A DNA stretch of 32,885 nucleotides from Vannella sp. (taxonomy: Eukaryota), in NCBI GenBank assembly GCA_023345925.1, contig JAJQQN010000304.1, forward strand, positions 1 through 32,885. Direction: 5' to 3'. The translations under genes and the position numbers were made by a program. This document shows positions 1-8,240 of the stretch, piece after piece. The notes beneath the pieces were generated by a model. That model did not search any database and was not told the origin of the DNA. It worked only from the letters and a program-made list of their open reading frames with translations. Each line of letters opens with the position of its first letter. Within the stretch, counting starts at the first letter, position 1.

Positions 1-86
1 CTTTTCGATCGAATGCCAACTCCCCATTTAACCCGGAATTCTTCTTCCATAAACATTCCATTCTATCACTTCCTTCGGACTCTACA
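1..86 (+). repeat. 5' LTR (partial)
   Basis: Identical by eye to 3914-3999; ends ...CTCTACA immediately before the PBS. Confidence 0.95.
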
Positions 87-97
87 GGTTATGAGCC
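87..97 (+). promoter_or_regulatory. Primer-binding site GGTTATGAGCC (half-molecule tRNAiMet type)
   Basis: Reverse complement GGCUCAUAACC matches the initiator tRNA-Met anticodon arm, the priming mode known for Drosophila copia and yeast Ty5. It abuts the LTR end. Confidence 0.88.
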
Positions 98-3000
98 TTA
101 ACGCGGCTTCAGTTCCGAAGCTGACCCACGCCAACTTTAACGATTGGGAGTTTATCCTTCTTCCTTTGCTCGAATCTCTTCAAATTGATATCACCAAGGA
201 AGTTCAAGGTGCTTTAAATGCTACTGCCCTTGGAATAGTGAGAACAACAGTCTCGGCACAAGTTCAGCCGAGGATACGGGTGTTCAAGAGCGCCCATCTC
301 ACTTACCAGTTCCTGAAGGATACTTATGGATCCACCAACAAGGATGCCACGTTTGAGAAAACGTCTGCATTCCTTTCTTGCGACATGAGAGACTCTGAGT
401 CCGTCTCCAAGTACATTGCTCGCCTCACCGACTTGTATGTCGACGTGAATTCAAGCGAAGCAGATGCCATCTCTGAGTACATCTTCAGAGCAAGGCTCTA
501 CGCAGGACTTACACAAGACCTCAAGGAGGTCGCTAGAGCTTGGGAGAAAGACTCTCTCTCCCTCGCTGATTGGGAAACCCGTCTCGTTGAGATTCAACGA
601 CACTCCCACAGACGTGGAAACGTCCTTGTGGCAACAAAGACCAATAGGTCTAAGACTGCGATCCCTCCCAAACAAGAGGGACGATCTATTCCCAAGTGTT
701 CACATTGCGGAAAATCCCACAACACCAACGCGTGTTGGGAACTCCACCCTGAACGTCGCCCAATCAAAAAGGAGAGGGCAAATGTGGCTAACCAAGTGTT
801 TCCTTCACAAGAAGACTCTTCTGCTCTGACTGCAGGTAGAGTATTGATTGATTGCGCATGCTCCACGAGTGTCTCTGGTAACCCGCTTCTTTTTCACGAT
901 TTGAAGGAGATTGATGGCGTCGAGGTTGAAGTCGGTGACGAGCATGCGATCCGTGCTACTCACAGTGGAACTCTCAAAATTCAATTGGCCGAGTCTATGC
1001 TCACCATTGAAGATGCTCTGTATGTCCCGTCATTTGGGGACAAAGTTCTCCTTTCCCTTGGCGAATTGGTAAATAATGGATACTCCATTTTGTTCCAAGA
1101 GGACTCCGCCAGTATCTCTCAAGGAGGCGAATTCTTGTTTAGTGTGAAAAAACAGGAGAATCTGTACATGCTGGATATGGCGTGCGTGATCTTGCCAACA
1201 AAACCAAGCAATCTTGTTCATGAGAGAATGTGCCATGCTTCCCGAAGGGCCTTGAAACAATCGGGCATCGCCTGTGCCCCATTGGCCTTCTGCGATGGTT
1301 GCGTTCTTGGAGACCACCCATCCCATCGTTTTTCCCACAAACCAGCTTGTGTCAAAAGTTCTCGTCCACTGGAACTCGTACATACTGACCTATGCGGTCC
1401 TATGCAAGTCCCGTCTCTTGGTGATTCAAAATATGTGTGCACGTTTATTGACGACAAAACGCGTAAAGCGTTCGTCAGTTTCATTCCATCCAAGTCCATG
1501 GCTAGTTCAGTTTTTCTACAAATGATGAATCAAGCTGAGCGACAAAGTGGCCTAAAGGTGGCTCGTGTGAGACACGACGGTGGTGGAGAGTATGCTGCAA
1601 ATGATTTCCTTTCCAAGTTACGAGAAGAGGGCATTGTCAACATGGTCACAGCTCCATACTCCCATCAAGAAAATGGAGTTGCTGAGAGGTTCAACCGAAC
1701 CATATTGGCCAAAGCCAGGAAAATGATTCACAACAATCATCATCAGCTTCGCTTCTGGGCAGAAGCTGTTAACCATGCTACTTATGTCTACAACATTACG
1801 TTTCACAGTACCATTGGCTGCTCTCCCGAAGAGAGCTGGAGCGGAAAACCAGTAACAACTACTGATCTCCGCATCTGGGGTTGTCTCGCCTGGGTTCGCG
1901 TTCCCAAAGAAAAACGTCGCAAACTGGATCCGCAAAGTATTCCAGCAATGTTTCTTGGAATAGCTCCGGAACAAGGGGGGTACAAGCTTTATGATTTCAA
2001 GAAGGAAAGTGTCATCTTCAGTCGGGATGTCGTTTTCGACGAGTCGCGAACCATGCAAAGTATTGTACCATCTCTCTCATCAACAGTTTCCTTTGAGTTC
2101 GGATTGCCAGAACCACAAAACCATGCTGTTGCCGAAGATCAACCTCAAGAGCCCCTCCAAATTGATGAGGAGGATAACGATGCTCATGTTCCACCATCTC
2201 TGTATCGACAGATTCAAGCCATTGAAGAAGGTGGAATTCTTGGTCCACGCGTCCGCAAAAAGAGGGTCATTGCAGATGTCGCAATCCCCATCAAGGACGT
2301 GGTTGTACCAAAACATGTGGGGGAAGCCCTGAAAACCAGACAATCCCATTACTGGAGAGAAGCTATGGAAGCAGAAGCTTCGTCAATCCTTGAAAACGAT
2401 GTGTACGATCTTGTGGAACCACCTACTGATCAACCTGTCCTTCCAGTTATGTGGATTTTCAGTCTTAAGACTGAGGGTGAACAAGTATCACGATTCAAGG
2501 CGCGTCTAGTGGTACGTGGCTGCTTTCAAGAAGAAAACAGCAATGAAGTCTACGCACCAGTTGTTGTAATGGAGTCTCTGCGCATTTTCTTCGCCATGGC
2601 CGCTTTTCACGACTTGGAGATACGCCAGATTGACGTTACTACTGCCTTTCTCTACGCTAATCTGGACAAGCCAGTGTATGTTCGCCAACCAGCCGTCCTA
2701 GGAGATAATACTTCCAGAGTCTGGAAGCTGAAAAGGGCTTTATACGGATTGCGTGAAGCTCCTCTGGCATGGTCTAACACCCTGAGAACATTTTTGTTTT
2801 CAATTGGTTTCCGGTCGCTTGACTCTGATGCATGCGTTCTGATTCATGGTAATGGTCCAGACATGCTGATCGTCCATGTGGACGACATGGCCTTTGCATC
2901 GACCTCCATCAAGAGAATTGAAGAGGTTCTTGCCCAATTCCGCGCCAAATTCACCATTAAGGATCTAGGTGATGTGTCAATGATTCTGAATATCAGAGTG

Positions 3001-3852
3001 CAACGCAATCGCCCCGAGCGTGCCGTGTATCTCTCTCAAGAACATTATGTCGTGGACATCCTCCAAGCCTGCAACATGGTCAATTGCAAGCCAGTTTCAA
3101 GCCCCACTGATGAATCTCAAGTACTATCTTCTGCCGGAAAGCCGAAAGATGCTGAAGAGAAACAAGACATGACCAAGGTGCCCTACAGGCAGGTTGTTGG
3201 TATGTTGATGTATCTTGCCTGCTGCTCCAGGCCGGATATCCTCTATGCGGTATCTATACTTTCTCGATATGTTTCAAATCCAGGGCAATCCCACTGGAAC
3301 GCAGCAAAGAGAGTTATCCGTTATCTTGCAGGTACTAAGAACCTTGCCTTGAAACTTGCTCCAGGCGACAATCTGCATCTTTCAGCATTCTGCGACGCAG
3401 ACTGGGGAAGAGATCCAGATACAAACCGACCTGTGTCTGGAAATTGCCTGTTTCTGGGCAATGCTCTCGTCTCTTTTCGTTGCAAAAGACAAGAAACCGT
3501 CGCGCTATCCACCATGGAAGCCGAATTTGCTTCGCTTGTTGTTGCCATCCAAGAAGTGCTTTGGACTATAGGCCTGTTGGAAGAATTAGGTGTTTTGGTG
3601 CCCAAGCCAATATCAATCTTCGAAGACAACCAAGCTTGCATTGAACTCTCCAAGAACCAAAAATGTCATGGTCGTGCTCGTCATGTGGAGCGTAAGTTCG
3701 CATTCACCCGGGAACTAATCAAACAAGGTACTATCGATCTAGTTTATTGCCCTTCAAGTAATCAAGTCGCTGACGTGTTCACCAAGCCTCTTGGACACAT
3801 TAAGCACAACGCCTTCCTCCAAAAGCTAGGACTGGTCCCCAAGCCGTTCTAA
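91..3852 (+). CDS. Gag-Pol polyprotein (about 1253 aa from ATG 91; an in-frame ATG also exists at 13 inside the LTR)
   Basis: Zn knuckle CSHCGKSHNTNAC; protease LIDCAC; integrase HERMCH..CDGC, HTDLCGP, RHDGGGEY, NGVAERFNRT; RT FKARLVVRG, QIDVTTAFL, HVDD; RNase H CDADWG, EAEF, EDNQAC, ADVFTK. No stops or frameshifts. Confidence 0.97.
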   Translation: MSLNAASVPKLTHANFNDWEFILLPLLESLQIDITKEVQGALNATALGIVRTTVSAQVQPRIRVFKSAHLTYQFLKDTYGSTNKDATFEKTSAFLSCDMRDSESVSKYIARLTDLYVDVNSSEADAISEYIFRARLYAGLTQDLKEVARAWEKDSLSLADWETRLVEIQRHSHRRGNVLVATKTNRSKTAIPPKQEGRSIPKCSHCGKSHNTNACWELHPERRPIKKERANVANQVFPSQEDSSALTAGRVLIDCACSTSVSGNPLLFHDLKEIDGVEVEVGDEHAIRATHSGTLKIQLAESMLTIEDALYVPSFGDKVLLSLGELVNNGYSILFQEDSASISQGGEFLFSVKKQENLYMLDMACVILPTKPSNLVHERMCHASRRALKQSGIACAPLAFCDGCVLGDHPSHRFSHKPACVKSSRPLELVHTDLCGPMQVPSLGDSKYVCTFIDDKTRKAFVSFIPSKSMASSVFLQMMNQAERQSGLKVARVRHDGGGEYAANDFLSKLREEGIVNMVTAPYSHQENGVAERFNRTILAKARKMIHNNHHQLRFWAEAVNHATYVYNITFHSTIGCSPEESWSGKPVTTTDLRIWGCLAWVRVPKEKRRKLDPQSIPAMFLGIAPEQGGYKLYDFKKESVIFSRDVVFDESRTMQSIVPSLSSTVSFEFGLPEPQNHAVAEDQPQEPLQIDEEDNDAHVPPSLYRQIQAIEEGGILGPRVRKKRVIADVAIPIKDVVVPKHVGEALKTRQSHYWREAMEAEASSILENDVYDLVEPPTDQPVLPVMWIFSLKTEGEQVSRFKARLVVRGCFQEENSNEVYAPVVVMESLRIFFAMAAFHDLEIRQIDVTTAFLYANLDKPVYVRQPAVLGDNTSRVWKLKRALYGLREAPLAWSNTLRTFLFSIGFRSLDSDACVLIHGNGPDMLIVHVDDMAFASTSIKRIEEVLAQFRAKFTIKDLGDVSMILNIRVQRNRPERAVYLSQEHYVVDILQACNMVNCKPVSSPTDESQVLSSAGKPKDAEEKQDMTKVPYRQVVGMLMYLACCSRPDILYAVSILSRYVSNPGQSHWNAAKRVIRYLAGTKNLALKLAPGDNLHLSAFCDADWGRDPDTNRPVSGNCLFLGNALVSFRCKRQETVALSTMEAEFASLVVAIQEVLWTIGLLEELGVLVPKPISIFEDNQACIELSKNQKCHGRARHVERKFAFTRELIKQGTIDLVYCPSSNQVADVFTKPLGHIKHNAFLQKLGLVPKPF

Positions 3853-3858
3853 GGGGGG
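3851..3858 (+). promoter_or_regulatory. Polypurine tract AAGGGGGG
   Basis: Purine run directly before the TG that starts the 3' LTR; it overlaps the pol stop codon TAA (3850-3852). Confidence 0.88.
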
Positions 3859-3999
3859 TGTTGAGGGAGAACGTCTTGCTCCATTGGCTTCGACCGAAAG
3901 CATTCCCTCGTTCCTTTTCGATCGAATGCCAACTCCCCATTTAACCCGGAATTCTTCTTCCATAAACATTCCATTCTATCACTTCCTTCGGACTCTACA
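3859..3999 (+). repeat. 3' LTR, 141 bp (TGTTGAG...CTCTACA)
   Basis: TG...CA termini with a 6/7 terminal inverted match; last 86 bp identical to the window start. Confidence 0.95.
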
Positions 4000-6676
4000 C
4001 TTCCTCTCTTTGCTGGAGCTTCTGCGCTGCAATCTATGTGAGAAGAGCGAGGAAAGTCGTTTCCCCACTAACCTCTCAACCTCAAGAAACCTTCAAAACA
4101 ACTCTCTGGTGGGATCCATCCCCGCTTGGTCTTCCTTGACCTCTCTAACCTCTGTGTAAGTTGTTCTCCGCCTTTCTCAAGACTCATGTTCGCGTCCAGG
4201 GTGCTTGACTCCAACTACTTGTGCGGCCCCTTGCCTGTCAAGCTTGGTGGCAACACTAATTCAGCGAATCTGACTGCTACTTCTCAAATGTTTGATTGTT
4301 TGGCGCCTCCATTGTACTGTGGGGGCTTCTGCACTTGCAACAGCTCCTTGAACAGTTGCTCCGCAATCGTTCCTTCGGCGACACCAAGCCAATCAATGGG
4401 TAGTAATTTGGTCTCTTCTTCCTATTCTCCTACCTCGTCTTCGTCAGCCTCAAACACTCCGACTAGAAGCCCGTCAATCACGTCTAGCCCCTCTTTCACT
4501 GCTACTCCCACCTCTTCCTGTAGTGAAACGCTCTCCGCTTCAATGAGTGGCTCTTCATCGATGACAAGGACAACTTCCAGTTCAGCCACTTCGTCCCCAA
4601 CGCCATCCACAAGTGAAACAACATCCAGTTCAGTCACTTCGTCTCAAACGCCATCTGCAAGTGAAACAGCATCCAGTTCAGTCACTTCGTCCCGAACTCC
4701 ATCCCCAACGTCATCTGCAAGTGTGACAGCTTCCTGTTCGGTCACTTCGTCTCCAACGCCATCAGCAAGTGAAACAACATCCAGTTCAGCCACTTCGTTC
4801 CCAACGCCATCTACAAGTGAAACAACATCCAGTTCAGTCGCTTCGCCCCAAACGGCATCCTCAAGAGAAACAGCATCTGGTTCAGTTTCTCCGTCCCTTT
4901 CGCCGTCTGCGAGTGGAACGACTCTCATTTCAGAAATTCCATCCCCAACGCCTTCTGCAAGTGAAACGACTACCAACTCAGTCACTTCATCAGCAAGTGG
5001 AACAACCTCCAATTCAGTCACTCTATCCCCGCCGCCATCCGCAAGTGAAACAACATCCAGTTCAGTCACTTCGTCTCCAACGCCATCTGCAAGTGGAACA
5101 ACTTCCATTACAGAAGTGCTGAGTTCATCCCTTGTAAGTAGGGCAGATTCTAATTCGGTCACTCCATCTCCAACGCCATCTGCAAGTGGAACAACTTCCA
5201 GTTCAGAGGCGCTGAGTTCATCTCCGTCTTCAGCACCAAGTGATACTACATCCTCAAGCTCAGTGACTCTGAGTTCATCCGCATCTCCTTCCGCAGAGAA
5301 ATCGAGCTTCATTTCGATGATAGAGACCTCATCTCCAAAGTCCTCCTCCAGCGAAAGTACTTCCATATCAGTGTCGCTAAGTTCATTCCCAACACCCTCC
5401 TTAACGCCATCTACAACTGGAACTTCCTGGTCAATGATGCTGACTCCTTCCTCAACTCTTCCTCCAAGCGGAACAGTGTCCAGTTCAGTAGCGCTGAGTT
5501 TGTCTACATCTACAACAGCGTCCCAAAGTATCACGACATCCAGCTCATTGAAGCTTATTTCATCTGGGATACCATTCTCAATGGCATCCCCAAGTGAGAC
5601 AACTTCTGGTTCGGAGACGTTCAGTTCATCCCCGACGGCATCCTCAAGTTATCCACCCTCCTATAATGTGGTTTTGAGTGCATCTACACGTAGCGAAACA
5701 CCATCTACTTCAGAGATCAGCACCTCTATTGAGACTAGCTCTTCAAGTCCCACTCCCACAAAGACTAGAATAACTCTTTCAAGTGAGTCTTTGTCGCTTG
5801 ACGGTGCTACAACAACGAAATCATTGACAACAAGCAATTCGATTCCCTCCGATCCTTCGCAAACAAATGTTAGTCTCAAATCGGCCACAAAGAGTCCGAT
5901 CGACGACAGACTTTCAGGCCCGTCCACTTCAATTCAGGACAGTGTGACTGTCTCATTGAGCATTCGCTCAACGATTCTGTCTTCTCTCCAGTTCTGTGAG
6001 AGGGGCTGCAACGCAGCGGGAACCCTCCAATTTGAGATCGTGAAGGAGAATTCACTCACTTCTTCGACGATTAGTGTTGAAGATGACAATGGGAACGCTT
6101 TTGCTACCATTGTGATTCCTGCTGGCGTTGGTCCGGGAATCCTGCAAGTTCTATGGACTCAAGGAGGCTCCTCCAATGCCCATTTAGGAGCCACAATTCT
6201 GGATGTCACATTTTATGATACTAACAACCAGTCCGTCACACTTCCTGACAGTCCCATCATTATCTGTATTAGGGAGGATCTCTCAAACCCTAGGAAAGCC
6301 TGTTTAGGCTTCTATGATGAGGTTAAGGGCAAATGGGAGTGCGAAGACAAGTGTCTGAAGAAAAAGAAAGGAAGCAGCGAATTCTGCGGCAGTACTGGTG
6401 AGTGAAATTCTAGATTTCTCTTCCTCAAGTCTGCTAACTTTGGTTCAAGCTCATCTGACCTCTTTTGCACTCCTTCTTGGGGCTAGCTCTGGAGACTCCT
6501 GTGATCGTGGAAACTTCAATTCAGTACAATCTTGGCTGGGACTCAGTTTCATCGTCCTGTCCATCATTCTGTTCGTAATTTTCGCGGCAATTTACGAGTT
6601 TAAGATTCAAAGGCGGCGCAAAAGGATAGCCATGATTGTTGCAGCATCAGCTGAGCTCAATGCGTCTGTGATTTGA
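4000..6676 (+). CDS. 3' part of a cell-surface protein gene: LRRs, Cys cap, Ser/Thr/Pro mucin-like stalk, GAIN/GPS, single TM; apparently interrupted by the retrotransposon (introns 4038-4086, 4156-4199, 6398-6449)
   Basis: Spliced reading LPLFAGASALQSI-NLQNNSLVGSIPAWSSLTSLTSV-VLDSNYLCGPLP fits the plant-type LRR consensus LxxNxLxGxIP. About 500 aa S/T-rich. GPS-like CLGFYD..WECEDKC..FCGSTAHLTSFALLL. TM WLGLSFIVLSIILFVIFAAIY followed by RRRKR. Confidence 0.85.
4570..5210 (+). repeat. Degenerate 48-bp coding tandem repeat (16 aa, consensus TTSSSVTSSPTPSASE), roughly a dozen copies
   Basis: Unit acaacatccagttcagtcacttcgtctccaacgccatctgcaagtgaa recurs at 4570, 4618, 4666 and onward with some indels. 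Confidence 0.85.
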
Positions 6677-7309
6677 AATAATCCCGTTGGAAAGGCAGAA
6701 TGACTCGGAAGTCCCCCCAACCCACCAACGGAAATGGTTGTTTTCTGAGTACTGTCTCATAAACAACCCCACCAGTTTGCCTGACGAAGGGGTCGTTTTC
6801 GGTGTACGTTCTAGAATTTACTTTAAGTTGGACTCTCGCGGAGCCTCCTCATGATCCCAATCACTTGTTTCACTAGATCACCGAGAAGATAGTGGAGGTG
6901 TGCACACCCTTTTGAAAAGTCTGGAGGTCCTCATTGGTGGCGTCGTTCCGTTCTGAAGTTCTGTATTTGTTTCTCAACGCGCCCAGAGCCTCAGCCTTAA
7001 CAAATCGTTCATGTCGAGTGTAGAAGTTCTTTTCAACGAAGGGCAGTGGACTTTTTGTGGGACCCACCAACGGTGAATGCCCTCCAAACAATTACGACAA
7101 GGCCGGACGGGAAACATTGCAAACCTTGAGAATTTCAACTGCAAGAGGACCCTAATGCCTTTTAGATGCCTTTCCCGTCAGTTTGATCCATAAACCTGGG
7201 AGAATGAACAAGAAACACACAAAAAACCTCTTCGCCTTAGAAAAGGTCTATTGACGGATTTGCTAATTGTGATTGGCTGAAGCGGAGTCGGCTTGTGGGC
7301 TCTTCACCC

Positions 7310-8131
7310 ATGGAAAAGGAAGTGGGGTGGGAAAGAAAGACCCTTTTATAGTACTCTTTCGTCCCGAATAGGAGTTGGGTCATTCGTCCTGGAGCTTCCG
7401 GTTCGGAGAGACATTATTCTATCGTAATGACTTGGGGCAACACGCACAAGTGGGTGACCAGGCACGGAGACGAGAGGGATTGCCGAGTAGAAGACCTTTT
7501 GCGTATCTTGGCTTCAGAAGGGAATCCTTCCTCCCTCTCTGGCACTACAGCGTTGCATCTTGCTGCTTGCTGTTCCAACATTAGCGTACTTAGGACGCTT
7601 CTCCGTTACTCCAACATCAACGTTGCCAACATCGAAGGCAGCACACCTCTTCATTGGGCAAGCCGCAACGGTCTTTTGGCCAATGTCCGGTTGCTCTGCC
7701 GCAGAGGAGCTGATCTCTCCCTGACCGACCTAGGTACGCAACATCTCCCACTCTTCTACTCTGCTTCATCTAACGAAGGAACAGCTGGAAACACTGTTCT
7801 GCACTATGCTGCCGAGGGGGGCCACCTGGAAGTCATTCAGTACCTGATTGAGACAGCAGCAATGCCTTTCGATGCTCTTAACAACGAGAGGCAGAGTGCG
7901 TTAGCAATCGCTTGCAGAGAAGGAGAGAAGAATGTCGTCCGTTACCTCGTCCAGTCAGGAGCCAATTGCGAAGCGCTCCGAAGCATCCTCGACAACCTCA
8001 AAGACAGAAACCAACGCCAGGTGCTGCGATGGCTCGAGAAGTACGGAAGAGAGCCGCTATCTGCTACAATAGCTCCCTCTTCCACCCTTTCAACCACTCC
8101 AGGCTCCGATTCCGAGCTCCTTCCGCTATGA
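7310..8131 (+). CDS. Ankyrin-repeat protein (start either ATG 7427, or ATG 7310 with a putative intron 7327-7371; in-frame intron 7734-7784)
   Basis: Repeats GTTALHLAA, GSTPLHWAS, GNTVLHYAA, RQSALAIAC. Removing the 51-nt GT-AG intron (CTAAC branch) restores ankyrin spacing TDL-AGNTVLH. Confidence 0.85.
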
Positions 8132-8240
8132 GAACCGAACGATCCTTTGTTACATACTTTGGAGAGCAATGGAAGAGCTCCAGCGCGTCCAATGAAGGCT
8201 TTTTTCACGTTTCCCGCCCATTCGTTTCTCCTTCGCTGGA

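Larger units (their letters stand above)
1..3999 (+). mobile_element. Ty1/copia (Pseudoviridae, Hemivirus-like) LTR retrotransposon; about 55 bp of the 5' LTR lie outside the window
   Basis: Direct repeats 1-86 = 3914-3999; PBS at 87; one ORF with domain order Gag-PR-IN-RT-RNaseH (copia order); PPT before the 3' LTR; LTR ends TG...CA. Confidence 0.98.

Noticed and set aside
3884..4159. 91-aa ORF sharing MPTPHLTRN.. with the gag N-terminus
   Set aside because: Artefact of reading through the 3' LTR, an intron and one LRR exon.
4644..5534. 296-aa minus-strand ORF rich in D/V/E/G
   Set aside because: Antisense shadow of the Ser/Thr/Pro repeat region.
6721..7073. 11-nt direct repeat CCCACCAACGG (6721, 7063) resembling Myb AACGG sites; CTGACGA at about 6781 resembling a hammerhead core
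   Set aside because: Too short to support an element; no properly placed GAAA or stems for a ribozyme.
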